Assembly: GCA_002269645.1 (NCBI GenBank)
Contig: NIVC01003834.1
Location: 1 to 48,982, forward strand
Reading direction: 5' to 3'
Length of the DNA stretch: 48,982 nt
Source: Macrostomum lignano
Lineage: Eukaryota
The stretch's first letter is position 1, and every line of letters begins with the position of its first letter. Under the pieces are notes generated by a model. The model had not been told where the DNA came from, searched no databases, and was given only the letters and a program-made list of their open reading frames with translations. Made by a program: the position numbers and the translations under genes. Positions 1 through 11,997 of this stretch are shown here, in pieces.

Positions 1-42
1 GATTAGGCTGCTCAGAGCACAAAACGAAACTATTATTCTTAC

Positions 43-1285
43 CTATTTAAGTGCTCCTTCTCCAAGTGCTCCTTCATGTTGTCTACCTGATCCCTGAGCA
101 TGTTTTTCCAGGTCGGATTTCAGCGAGGCAACATTCTCAACCCCTTTCTGGCTGCTCACCGTCGCGCGACTAGAAGCAGCGGCGCTTCGAACACCTGCGA
201 CGGCGAGGCGCGTGACGATTAATGAAGGCGAAATACCTACGAGCGCACATTAAATGGACAGATCTGTCAGACTCACCGCTCCACGAACTGCGTCAATCAT
301 TCGCATAATTTCTAGCTGGGGATTCTCTGTGCGCTCCGCATCCACTACCAGCACGAAACCGGCTGTGTTGGACATGAACAGCGAGCTGTACACCTGAGCA
401 AGGGGTTTGGCGAAAAGTAATTGGGGACTAAGTACGATTCTAAACATTTGAAAATCGTCCTCATCTGCGATGCCTATGGTCAAGCACAGGCTAAACTATT
501 TAAACAAATTCATAGATTTGACAAGGTTTTGAATTAGGCAAGACCTAATGATCTCTTTAAGGCACTGTGCCCTGCGTGCTATACGCTTTAATATTTTATT
601 GCAAATATATATTAATAACTTTCGATCATTGCACTTATTTAGAGAGGCTTGAAGCCTACGTAGTAAGAGCGTCGGACTCAAGACTGAAAGGTCGGGGGTT
701 GGATTCTCGACCCACTCGGAACAATTTGTGTCCTTGAGCAGGACACTTAACTCTGCATTGCTTCAGTTCACCCAGCTGTAAAATGGGTGCCAGCATTAGC
801 TGGGGTAACTGAGGGGGTGTGTATGGCGACCCCCCCCCAGTCCGTGCTTGCTCGTGGGATCGACACACGCAAGGCTATCAAAACACGCTTGAATTCACTT
901 CACCCAGTTTAACACTCCTTTCACTTGACCAGTGCACTTACTAGGTCTGCGCGCATCTCGAACACAGTCAGGTCCAGGTCCATCGCCAACAGTGGCTGAG
1001 AGCGCTCGAAAAGTCGGTGGGGGCTGCACAGACGACGTTACCGCCGATTTTGACGACGACGGCCTCGACTTGGAGCTGGAAGATGGCTGAGCTCCGCCCA
1101 CCGCGCCTGGTAGAGCTAGGGCGCCAATGCTGACGGTTACGGCCGGGTCGCAGATGATGGCCAGCTTCACTGGTAGGCGAGCGATGGTGGACACCGGTCC
1201 TGGCGTGTGGGGGGACAGCAAGTGGGTTCTTGGCAAAAAAGTAGTCAAATTTCGCCTTGATTTTCGGCAGTTCCCAAAGCCCGCA
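43..1285 (-). CDS. 3' exons of a spliced gene encoding a small-GTPase-like (Ras/Arf/Roc-type) fold with degenerate G-motifs; gene continues off the left edge
   Basis: Five GT-AG exons with mutually consistent phases: 1285-1042, 995-942, 393-277, 194-160, 93-43. Spliced translation: ..PVKLAIICDPAVTVSIGALAL..|PLLAMDLDLTVFEMRADL|VYSSLFMSNTAGFVLVVDAERTENPQLEIMRMIDAVRGA|VFEAPLLLVARR|DQVDNMKEHLEKEHLNR. The beta-strand pattern (KLAII, LTVFE, GFVLVVD, PLLLVA) follows the small-GTPase order. The frame of the 1285-1042 exon is less certain. Confidence 0.55.
644..870 (+). mobile_element. tRNA-derived SINE with CORE(MIR)-like central domain, 3' truncated, intronic
   Basis: Pol III A/B-box-like head (..TAGTAAGAGCG..GGGTTGGATTCTCGACCC) followed by GTGTCCTTGAGCAGGACACTTAACTCTGCATTGCTTCAGTTCACCCAGCTGTAAAATGGG, which resembles the MIR/CORE consensus. 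Near-identical copy at 9969-10278. Confidence 0.8.
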
Positions 1286-1807
1286 CTGCGAACTAACAAA
1301 GTAAACTGACATCATCATGTTCGTTTACAAACAACATAACATTTTCCTGTCTGATCAATGCTCTCCATAGATAGTCCCAACTCTATAAGTAATCTGATAT
1401 GATGCACGTTACCAAGGGCAGCTATATTTGATCCGATGCCCAGTTACAACAGGCACAGCAGCAAAAATTCTAAGAGAAGTTTTCCCTATGCATATATTCT
1501 AGTTTATAGTCGATTTTTTCCATGCAGAGCCCGTTATAAAAGCTACCTGTCAGTCCATAGCCCAAACGTTTAACACAACAGCTGGGAAACAATCATTCGG
1601 GACTGGAGTCCTGCTTGAGCCCACCCTAAATGACCTGTTGTCCTCGGGCACAAATTTGATTTCTCCTCACTTTGTCTAGCTATTACAGTGTAAGTCTACC
1701 GAAACCGACCTCCCAATTGGAACTTATAGCTCGACTTGCGAGTGTAGCAGCGTCCTACATGCACTTTTGCTGCTCATGTTAAGTAGCTCTTAAGCAATGG
1801 CACTCAC

Positions 1808-2192
1808 CGTCGATAAACTGACACGCCGGATCGCTCAGAACTTGAAAACCGAGCTGCCTGGAGCCGCAGTGTGTCAGTCCGGTGCCCAGCATGCTGACAG
1901 ACTTCAGGTCTCGACAGTGCTTTCCCAGGTAATGCAGACTTCTTTCAGTGAGCAGCCGGCAGCCGTCAAGGTTAAGCTGCTGAAGGCGGGGGAACGCGCG
2001 GGCCAGGTGAGCCATGCCGTCATCCCGAAGGTGCCGGCAACCAGCGCAGGAGACTCGAGCAACTCGGACTCTGGCCTCGTCTGGCACGGATGTTTCCAGC
2101 AGGTGAAACACCTCATCAGTTAGCTGTTCTATGCCGTCAAAATCAAGGTGAAACTCTACGCCTTTCTCGCCGAACCAAGTTGGTAGTTTTGC
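1808..2192 (-). CDS. Exon encoding cysteine-containing leucine-rich repeats (FBXL/AMN1-type LRR_CC)
   Basis: Translation ..VSCAGCRHLRDDGMAHLARAFPRLQQLNLDGCRLLTERSLHYLGKHCRDLKSVSMLGT.. fits the LxxLxLxxCxxLTDxxL pattern. Acceptor ttacgcag| at 2192 and donor |gtgagt at 1807; 385 nt, phase 0 to 1. Confidence 0.8.
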
Positions 2193-2274
2193 CTGCGTAA
2201 GGCGGTTTTATGGATCGTTAATGTAGCATGTCCACGGCACATTTATTATACCCGTTAGACTTTTTATGACGTCA

Positions 2275-2530
2275 TTATTGTAACAGTTGGACTGTCTATG
2301 ACCTCGATATATTGTACCAGTTGGACTGTCTATGGCATCGATATTGTTACCAGTTGGACTGTCCATGAAATTGATATTGTACCAGTTGGACTGTCAACGA
2401 CATTGATATTGTACAAGTTAGAATGCCTATGACATTGATATTGTACTAGTTTGACTATCTGTGACATTGATATTGTAAGTTGGACGGTCTGTGGCATCGA
2501 TATTGTACCAGGTAGACTGTCTATGGCTGG
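2275..2530. repeat. Minisatellite, ~31-bp unit (~8 degenerate copies), containing the GTCTATG(G/A) motif
   Basis: Repeating TTGATATTGTACCAGTTGGACTGTCTATG(G/A)CA. Confidence 0.9.
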
Positions 2531-2989
2531 TTTGATGTACCATGCAGGTTTATGGTACCAATCCTGTTTATTGCCAGCAAACTTTTAAGAATCCACGCCA
2601 AGGATCTTTGCTATTGTGAAAACTGTATCGTTAATTTTACCATCTGATCTTATATTCAATATATCTTTATTTAACCTTCATATCGTTTGTAATGCTACAG
2701 TGATAAGTGCAATACTACTTCTAGTAGTACAATTTGATTCATAGAAGCAAATTCTGCAATCAAGCCAGTCAGGCGAGTCTACCGTAATCACATCTGCGGA
2801 TTGACTGCGTGCGCATGCTTTTATAAATCACGCGTGAAGGTATAATGCCAAAATATTATTAGAGGAAGCCTTGTCAATATGCAATACATGTGTAAATAAG
2901 TATTCTAAATATAGTACTCGCTGCGCTAAAACAAGGCTTTGACCGCATCCATTCAAACATAAAGAGCCAATCAAATCGTACAAACTCAC

Positions 2990-3063
2990 CAACAGCTTTC
3001 TAAGCGGGATCTGCTCCTGCACCTCCAGCTCATTGTAGAAATGTTCAAAGTTTATTAGCTTCA
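2990..3063 (-). CDS. Probable upstream exon of the LRR gene
   Basis: ctgcag| acceptor and |gtgagt donor; 74 nt encoding (V)KLINFEHFYNELEVQEQIPLRKLL. Ends in phase 0, matching the phase-0 start of the 2192 exon (AKLPTWF..). Confidence 0.5.
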
Positions 3064-4703
3064 CTGCAGACATTACAATTGCATTGTTGCAACTTTTTTT
3101 CAAATAAAATTTGCTTGATCAGAAATTTAACCACACAAGTGAGTGAGAATATTTGGCTTTAAACCTCATAATTTTTTTCACTCGTTTAGAAGGACAAAAA
3201 ACGGTTCAAGATGAACTATTTCGGCTGAGTTCTCACAAAAAGACTATTTTTAGCTTAGCTTGTAATTTGGTATAATAAAAAAAATATATATACGAGCGTA
3301 TTTACCTACTTTAAGCTAGTAGCATATTATTATTGCTACACATTTTACTCATTTTGTACATGAGTATTGAAATTTGTTTTATAAAGTTATACCAAATTAC
3401 AAAATTTTGAATAATTTGGTTAAATTTTTAGACAATAAAAATAGAAATTAGTGTGCATTAGTAGTATTTATTCATGCAGTGCTTTATTTGACAATCTTAT
3501 AAAGCATCGGCTTATCTGTTTTTATTGAATACATTGCAGTTAAATTTTAATCCAATTCGTACCTACAACCAAAAGCTACAAGCAATTTTTAGTTAAAATG
3601 ATTCAATAGTAAGTTGCAAAAATTCGTTTTTTTGTCGCTGTCACTAACCAGTCAAAACTGTTTGATGATAAAAAAACAATAAGAAATATTAAAATTTAAA
3701 ACTTGCTTATACTATAGCATCTAATTTAATTACTCTCGTAGTCTCGTTGTATGCATTCTGTTCTTTGAAATGTTAATAAGTATATACTATATAAGCTGCA
3801 GCTAAATAGCTAATGAGCACAGAAACCATAGGAAAAGATACAAGTTTTGAAGCGCAATAAATTATGAGCCACAACCTTCAGTGTTAAAAAACCGAGGGGA
3901 TAGTTTCAATATCCAAGTAAAAGTTCGACAGCCAGATAATCCACTTATTTGTCTGATAATATCGAATACAAATGCGGAGTATCTCTAAAAAACAGTAACA
4001 TGAAAAAGCAAACGAAATTTAATATAGATTTTTCTTGAAGCTGAAATGGTGGGAGGACGCCGTGAGAAAAACTGCCATGCAATTGATAAAGATTAAAAAC
4101 CATTGTGGATTTTAGGAAATAAGGGTGCATTTTTTTATTTTAAATTTTTTCTTGTAAATAGAAATTTCTTTGCTTCACTTGAATGGAGCTAGTAAAAATT
4201 GTTTTAATATACTACAGTCCATCCAATCCGTCTAATTGCATATTAATGAAACGAAAGAAATGTGGAAATTTTCAATACGTATTTTATCATGTTAGTTAAG
4301 TTATTTCGAAAATTTAAAGTTCTAAAAATTAAAATTTATAGTTTTTCAACAATTACTTCGAGCTACATTGCGTCTTCTTCTCAATTCAGAATAACGTTAA
4401 GTTGAATACATGCATTTTACATGACGTAAAATAGAATATACTTTCTTTGACTCGGGGTCCTGTAACAAACTCATCTAAACTGATATACTGTCAAAAGTTC
4501 AAACCTAGAACATACATGTATATGCTGCATTTTGCATGATATACTGCAGTGCATCTATACTTTTAGCCACGTACGTATGTGATGCATACTATCAGAACTC
4601 TCCGATTCTATTTTGATCGGTATCAACTTTCAGTTTATAGCTTATTACTACATGTACATGAAATTGCTTGCGAACCAAAAAATGGCGGATTTTTATTGTG
4701 CAA

Positions 4704-4872
4704 TACCAGGGGCCGTCGCCATGGATTTTATGGTGGGGGGACAAAGCCAAGAGTTCAACATGTACATGGTGGGGTCACAAGGTGGGGGTGGGGGGCAAAG
4801 CATTGGCATGCCCCCCAGAGGTTTTACTGGGAGGGGGACATGCCCCCCCTGTCCCCCCTGGTGTAATACTGG
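4704..4872. repeat. GC-rich short dispersed repeat / MITE-like insert in AT-rich DNA
   Basis: CCAGGGGCCGTCGCC...GGGGGACATGCCCCCCCTGTCCCCCCTGG, with G/C-run hairpins typical of small non-autonomous DNA elements. A similar-style element lies at ~20400-20510. Confidence 0.35.
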
Positions 4873-5599
4873 AGTAGAATGTATAATAGATGTGTACAGA
4901 TATCTTGAAACTTTGATTGTATCCCAAAAAAGGAATTAAGACTTCCTGTGAAGCGCATATGGGTTTGAAAAAATCTGTGGGCATATTTTTATACATGTAA
5001 CCTATGAAAATCGAAAAATGAACATGTAGCATTTAACAAAGCATCTGATTAGTATACTTTTATTTGGCCTCATTAGACCTTACATGCATTACGATATCGA
5101 AAAAATTGTATATTGAATACATGTAAAATCAAGAGTTTATATGTACCCCCCCAGCTTACACGTACTTTATCGATTCGGTGTTGCTTTCGCTTTTTTAATC
5201 ATTTTTTGTTGCAGTGAGCAGTGAGTATGTACGTGCATATAGAGATCATGGTACATTGTATGAAAAACAAAGAAGAGTCATAATTATTAATCAATGATCG
5301 AGTTTACCTTAAAATTGAAATATTTTTAAGTTGAATTCATGCAAATATACAAAATATGAGCCAAGCGATTCAAAGCAAAACTGGTCAGATACTGTACAAT
5401 AATGCACGTCACAAGGTTTTCATTTGCATGCGTACAAGCTAGGCGCTTTTCTCTACCAACATGCTTCTGCAGCTTACATATCATTTCAGTTGGCACAGAT
5501 AAAAGGGCTGCCTGGGTTAGAAAAGTAAGTCTCGATCGCGTGGCCTGAACAAGAGCAGCAGTCGCACAGTAACCAGCCTGTTTTCTAAAAAAGCTAGCC

Positions 5600-6088
5600 A
5601 TGGCCCTGCCGCTGTGGCTTCACGCCTGCACTCTGTGGTACCTAGTCAGCAATGCCATCATCGCCTACAAGAGCTGGCCTGCTCTGCCTGGTTTCTTCGC
5701 TGCCTGCTACATTGCCGGTCTGTTTGGCGGTCTCGGCGATCACGTGGAGCCCTACGTGCCCGCTGAGTACCACGCCTACACCACGCAGATCATGGAGAAC
5801 TACATCGGCAGATTCCCGCTGGCTTTGTCAGCTGTGGCCATTCTGCTGCGATTCTGCACTCTAGACAGCGTGTCCTTGGGTAGCAAGCTGCGCTCCCTGG
5901 CGATGCTGGTTGCGCCCCTCGTCGTGCTGATTTCGCACAAGCCGACCGACTACAACACCGACTGGATGTGGCACCTTGTGCACTCGACTGTAGTTCACGG
6001 CCTCTTGCTGGCTGCAAATCTGCGCATTCTCGGCGCCATGGCTCGGCACAGTTCGAAAAGGGTTGATGCTGCAGCTAAGGAGGAGTGA
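5600..6088 (+). CDS. Intronless ~162-aa multi-pass (about 4-5 TM) membrane protein of unknown function
   Basis: ATG-to-TGA ORF, GC-rich against AT-rich flanks, with several long hydrophobic segments and a His cluster (WMWHLVHSTVVH). Confidence 0.7.
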   Translation: MALPLWLHACTLWYLVSNAIIAYKSWPALPGFFAACYIAGLFGGLGDHVEPYVPAEYHAYTTQIMENYIGRFPLALSAVAILLRFCTLDSVSLGSKLRSLAMLVAPLVVLISHKPTDYNTDWMWHLVHSTVVHGLLLAANLRILGAMARHSSKRVDAAAKEE

Positions 6089-6666
6089 AATAATTGGGCT
6101 TTGTGAACACGCGACTCTCGTATGCTTGAACGAAAAGTGGGCAAGATTCTGCGAGAAGCAAATTTATGTAACTGCTACTGAATCGTCGCATGCATACTGA
6201 AAGTGTACTAATGGTTTTGCAGATTGCTTGATGATCGAAAATAATATTTTGTAGTTTTAAAATATACAGGGTATTCTAGCATTTGTTAAATAATTTTTGA
6301 CCGTAGAAGTTCAACAACTGACAGTGAATTGGCGCCCTTTAGCCTCTAATTGTTAATTACGAGCGTATAGTACTCGTATAAAAGTTTCGTGCCGTGTAGT
6401 TTACAAAATTCTTCGATCTGTTTCACTTAGCAAACAGCCTATTTAATGATAACATGAGAGAGGGCTTTAAATCAATAACGAAATAGGTCACGTGATGACA
6501 ATTACTACGTACATAAAAGCTAAGGGAACTGCCAGACAGGGCAAAGAGAACGGTAGAGAATAGTGTGCATGTTGCCGGTGCACGTATCGGTTAGTTAGTC
6601 ACTGGCAGTGCCATGAGCTCAGCACTCCGGCACCACACAAAGACTGTCTAATTTTGGCGACAGGTG

Positions 6667-9269
6667 TCACCCATCACCAAGGTGGTCTTCCAGCACGGAA
6701 GCGATCCTATCGTAGAAGACCACTCGGCCCGGAAAGGCTTCGCTGAGGTTGAAGCGGCGCATTCGTTCAGAAGCCGCGAACTCGTAGCCCAAGTGTAGAA
6801 ATCTGTGCACTCCCAGACTGGCTTCACGGCCGGCCTCCGGGCTGATGTTAACTTCGTCCAGTTGCCAACGCTTCGCAGCCAACTGTCGGCAGCCCAGCCG
6901 TCGCCAGTGGTCAATCTCGACCTCCTCCGGCGTGCCGGTCACTGTTTCTTCTGCCTCGCGGCTCACTGTCCTTAGCGATGATAGTTTTGTCACTGCATTT
7001 GAAACTAAAATGACCTTAAATATTACATGCACAGCGGGCCGCACAGAAAGCTTCAAAACTAGTCTGATCTTAGACCTGCTTACACTCGTGGTTGCAGAGC
7101 CCCTTCCAATTTCGATTCGGATTCATCCAGGCCGAGAACAGGACGTATGACAGCAGCAGCACGGGTGGCTTTCTACCAGCCAGGGAGTACTCGGTGTACT
7201 TCCTGGTGAGTAGCTGCGGCCCGGTGCTGTGCACTATGGAGGCTTCGCCGCTCCGCTCGGGAAGCGCGCGGACCATCAGCCGGAAAAACGGGTGTCGCGG
7301 CGGAGCTGCCATGACGGAATTCATGACCAGGAAGGCGCGGCCCCACACAATCCGAGTCTGCTCCGGCCGCTCCTGGTCGAGAAGGGCCGCGGACATCTGC
7401 CAGGCCTTGTCTAGGAGAGGTGTCAGCGGTTGCAGGCACTGAACATCCATGTCCAGGTAGACACCTGTGCAGTATAGGGTTGACTACTTTCTTCATTGAA
7501 TCCGATATGGTCTTCTAAAGTCAATCATGTCTAGCTAATATAAAAAGAGGATTAAAATAAGGAGCCGTAGAGAGCGTTCAGATTTACAATAAAATCCCCG
7601 AGGTCCACTGATTTTCGGCGTTTCCAGATACAATTTCAATCAGCGTAGCCAATTTCACACCCTTTCTGCACTGCACTTAATGGTGTACTTAATAGCATAC
7701 CCCCGAAGAGATACAGCGCTGCATATCGGACCGCATCGGAGCGCTGCAGGTCGCTGCCGTAGCCCCTGTACACTGGCAGCAAGTTCGGGAAATTGTCTGC
7801 CAGCAGGCGCTCTGCGTCCGAGTTGCGCCAGAGCACGTAGGTGAAGTCCGGGTTAGCCGACAGACAGCTGTTGATGAAGGGCCGGTAGTTCTCATAGACC
7901 AGCTCGCTGGTGAACACCTGGTGCAATAGGCGACGGAACGGAGCTGCACCGCCCGGTTGAGACTGGCGTTGCTGAAGCTGCCAGTGAAGAAGGCTGACAA
8001 TCAGCGGGCAGGCGATCTGAAAGCTCAGGTTCAGCAATCGGCTAAGATGGTCAATAATGAAGAGTGTTTTTTAAGAGTGCGCTGTGCTCAGGAATTAGCT
8101 TGTGACATCTCTGTAACTGTTACAGCATTTATTATTTTTTTTAAAGGCTGGGGAGTTGATGTCCCGCGATTTGCTGGAGTAAAAGTTCTGTCCTCAACTA
8201 TATGAAACTGTAAGGCTCTACAGAGGGTCATCGGGCAACTTTTTTCCTTTTTATGGTTCCAGACGTCTGCTTTAACTGTCCTGAAGTTGTTCTGAACTAA
8301 TGTTGCCAAACTAAGATCTATGGCATTCTGGTGGATCGGGAAAGGCGATATAATCCACTAAGCGTCTCTCGACTAGGGGGGGGGGGGGTGGCGTGTGACT
8401 GTTGTTGAATGCTTGCTGTTCGATTCACTTCTATTCCCTCACGGCACAGAATGTATACATTCTTGAAGATGACAAAGTCAGGGCAGCTGAACAGCCTGTG
8501 TTCAAACTGCATTCAATTTCGGCAAACTGGCTTTCATTTTCGGCATCAGCTATGGCCGCACATCCAAACCGCATTTGAATTCGAACAAACCGAAAACCAA
8601 TTTCGGTAAACTGCATTCAATTTCGGCAACTTGAGTTTCTATTTAGACAAATTGATATTCAAATTCGGCAAACTGCATTCAATTTCGGCATCGTATTTTC
8701 AATTTCGGCAGCCAGCGCCTCGTGCCACAGACTGTCTATGGAAATAGACGCATCTAAACCCAAAACTGATATTCAATTTCTATATTCAATATTCAATAGA
8801 CAGTCTGTGGCACGAGGCGCTGCCGCCGAAATTGAATGTAGAGATGACGCACTCCGCGCACGAGTGTCTATGGTCGTTGCTGCACGCTTCTATGGTAAAA
8901 ACAAAAGCGCAATTGTTTGACAATGCAGTTTGCCGAAATTGGTTCTCGGTTTGTCGAATTCGAATGCAGTTTGGATGTGCGGCCATAGTTGATGCCGAAA
9001 ATGAAAGCCAGTTTGCTGAAATTGAACGCAGTTTTATCGAAATAGAACGCAAAAAGGTGTAAATGCACTGCCGATACAAAAAAACGAAAGTCCTTCCAGT
9101 GAATTTCTAAGAAAACCATGACTACACGGGTCAACTGTCACCTGCGTTGAGTTGTGCCAGTGCCCGAAGCCCTTCTGTCAACTATTTAACAATAAACACT
9201 CACCAGAATCGTTGCAAGAGTTAAACGTTTAGATGGATACTGCAGGGCTCTGTAGAAGCCTGCAGCCAT
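6667..9269 (-). CDS. GT32-family DxD glycosyltransferase (SUR1/CSH1/OCH1-like), paralogue 1, apparently intact, 362 aa type II membrane protein
   Basis: Exons 9269-9204, 8016-7701, 7464-7084 and 6992-6667 (1089 nt), all GT-AG and phase-consistent. N-terminal signal anchor (..SKRLTLATILIACPLIVSLLHW). Motifs LLHQ, SCLSANPDFTYVLW, RSDAVRY, GGVYLDMD (DxD split across an intron), STGP and C-terminal VHRFLHLGY. Confidence 0.88.
8503..9035. mobile_element. Foldback/palindromic non-autonomous element in intron 1 of GT32 paralogue 1
   Basis: Long inverted arms. CATTCAATTTCGGCAAACTGGCTTTCATTTTCGGCATCAGCTATGGCCGCACATCCAAAC.. (~8511-8617) is the reverse complement of ~8921-9028. Inner arms CGCCTCGTGCCACAGACTGTCTAT / ATAGACAGTCTGTGGCACGAGGCG; centre ~8770. 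Confidence 0.85.
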
Positions 9270-9968
9270 TGTTGGAATGTATGTTGCAAATGAGCAGACG
9301 GTTGTGAGTTTAGATTTGATGTATTTATGACTTTCCAGATTGCTCCTCGGTTGTTAAAATTGATTAGACTCCGCAAAAAAACTAGTCCGACTAGAAGTAA
9401 AATCAATTTTAATCAAATTAAACAAAGCATTTAAAAAAATCGATCAGTTAATTTCTTAATTATTGTAAGCTCTCAGGCCGAAATTGACAAAAAGGTTTTA
9501 CACGGTAAAAATTTACAAAAATCTTTTTAACAAACGTATATAGTGATTTTGTGTAGGATTGAGTTCTATTTTTGTATTAATTGCATGAAACGCTAAGCAA
9601 AATACACTCGAGTCATGCTCTGTAGTCAGGGCGCGAGGCACCCAGCTTGCAGTGACCTTGCGAAGGCAAAGATGCTGTGACAGAGTGACAGAGCTGTGAT
9701 GAACACGAGAAATCGCCCTGATTAGCTGAGTTTTTTGCCGTTTTAATTTGAAATGGTCGAGTGAATGACTATTGATTCTTCATTGCAATGCGCTAAAAAG
9801 TCACGGATAAACCTATAGAATACTCGTATGATAAAAAGTCATTTGACAGAAATTTTCTTGTATTTTATTGTTGAAAAAAAACGAATTAACTTGCCGAAAA
9901 CTTAGCGCGCCTCTTGTGAAAATGAAATAGTTGCTAGCGCTATTCAACGTTGCAGGCTTTGTGTAAAA

Positions 9969-10278
9969 GGGGTTGTAGCCTACTGGTTAAAGCGTCGAAC
10001 TCACGACTAAAAGGTCAGAGGTTCGATTCTCGACCCACTCGGAACAATTTGTGTCCTTGAGCAAGACACTTAACTCTGCATTGCTTCAGTTCACTCAGCT
10101 GTAAAATGGGTCAGCAAATGCATTAGCTGGGGTTATTGAGGCTGTCTGTGGCGTCACCCCCACAGTCCTTGGACTGAACAGCCGTACGCAGCCTTCAGAT
10201 GCGCTGCGCAATAGCTGCGGCTGAGCTGTCGGTTGCACATCACCGCATTAGGGCAGGTGTAATCAATTATTATTATTA
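9969..10278 (+). mobile_element. Full-length tRNA-derived CORE-like SINE with (TTA)n tail
   Basis: Head GGGGTTGTAGCCTACTGGTTAAAGCG..GGTTCGATTC, CORE-like GTGTCCTTGAGCAAGACACTTAAC..CTGTAAAATGGG, and 3' TTATTATTATTA. Same family as 644-870. Confidence 0.85.
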
Positions 10279-10939
10279 CTAGGTTTTGTGTATAGGAGCG
10301 ATAATGCAGCGCACCAGTAGACTGAAAAGTCCTGCCCCGACCCTCTCTGGGGCCCTCATTATTTAATAGTGTAAAACTAGACTAGACTACAGACGTTCCC
10401 TATGCCTACAGAACAATGGAAATCAGAGTGACCAAAAATTATAGACGCAGGCAGAAAGGCGACTTAAAGGTTCCTCTCTCAGCCAGTGGCATGGATAATT
10501 ACGAGCGTAGATATTTGAAGCGAATATTTTGAAATTATTTCTAATCAAGATATCCGTGGGCATGAATTTGAGGAGAATAAACATAGATGACAGTTTTATC
10601 CATGCATGTAGCTCGTAATTGCCATTTCTTTATACATAAGGACGTTCAAGGCCTACAAGACGTTTAAGAAATTTCATTTTCGCTCTGAAGGTGCTGAAGG
10701 TGGAAGCTGAGTTACTGAGTTACACTTCAGTTAAGTCAGAAACCTATCTTATCTATTAACGATCTTTAATATATGATCGTATACCCCATCAAAACCAAGC
10801 TGAGAAGGCTGTATCGTCAAAAATTGCAAAAGCAATTATTCTTTTACGCTTGTAAATTTAACTCAGCAACAATAAAACGTGTATACCATAGCGTGCGAAG
10901 CCACGAATGCTAGAACATGACTGTTCTTGGCACTATGTT

Positions 10940-11352
10940 TAGACCATAGACATCGGCCACCTTAAACCATAGACATCGGTCGTCTTAGACCATAGAAATC
11001 GGCCATCTTAGACCATAGACATCAGTCGTCTTAGACCATAGACATCGGCCCTCTTAGACCATAGACATCGGCCCTCTTAGACCATAAAAATTGGCCCTCT
11101 TTGACATTAGATATAGGCCGTCTTAGACCATAGACATCGGCCGTCTTAAACTAAAAACATCGGCCGTCTTGGACCATAGACATCAGTCGTCTTAGACTAT
11201 AGACATCGGCCCACTTAGACCATAGACATCGGTCGTCTTAGACCATAGACATCTGTCGTCTTAGACCATAGACATCGGTCGTCTTAGACCATAGACATCG
11301 GCCGCCTTAGACCATAGACATCGGGCGTCTTAGATCATAGACATCGGCCGTC
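10940..11352. repeat. Minisatellite, 23-bp unit GACCATAGACATCGGCCGTCTTA (~18 copies)
   Basis: Directly visible tandem array; paralogous array at 37610-37835. Confidence 0.95.
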
Positions 11353-11997
11353 ATACAAAAAAGTGACACACGTCTCCCGCTTGGAAAATGCGATGCCTAT
11401 TCATAGTCCTGCTTCTCTTTTTGGGTCCCCCAGTATTTCCTTGACGAGTATACTCATAGGAAAAAGAATATTTGTGTACTTATAAAACTGATCTTTTTTG
11501 TAGTTCGTCCATATATTTTGTTCGTCTAAATATCAAGTAGGTCTTATCGTTGTTATCTCCCGACTGTAGAGTTGCATAAGAGTAACGCGCGTACATGTAC
11601 ATACAGCTTTATCTGGCTTACCCGATAGGCTAATTGTCTTGATTTTATTAGAAATAGCACAGAAGTAAGCTTTGCATTTACAGTGCAAGCTAAATAAATT
11701 TTAGCTTTTAGCTAAAGTATTTCTGCACCTTTAGCACAATTGAATAATAAAACTCAAGTGTTTGGGAGACTACTGAACAGAGCATATAGCGAGATTGCCC
11801 GCTCAAGGGCCGAGGCGGTGTCCATTTTATAGATACCATGATACGTTATCCCTTGCCGCTAAAGGGGGTAGATTTCCTTTTGGTTAGCAACGGCAGGGTC
11901 CAAGAAAACAGATGCAATTAACATTATAAACTAATATAGCGGATTGCTTACGAGGGCGAGATAAATTTATTTGGTACCAGTTATTTTAGCTACATGG

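Noticed and set aside
9221-9406. 61-aa hydrophobic ORF as the GT32 signal anchor
   Set aside because: It has no ATG and an upstream stop. The real first coding exon is in another frame (ATG at 9269, donor at 9203) and splices in phase to exon 8016.
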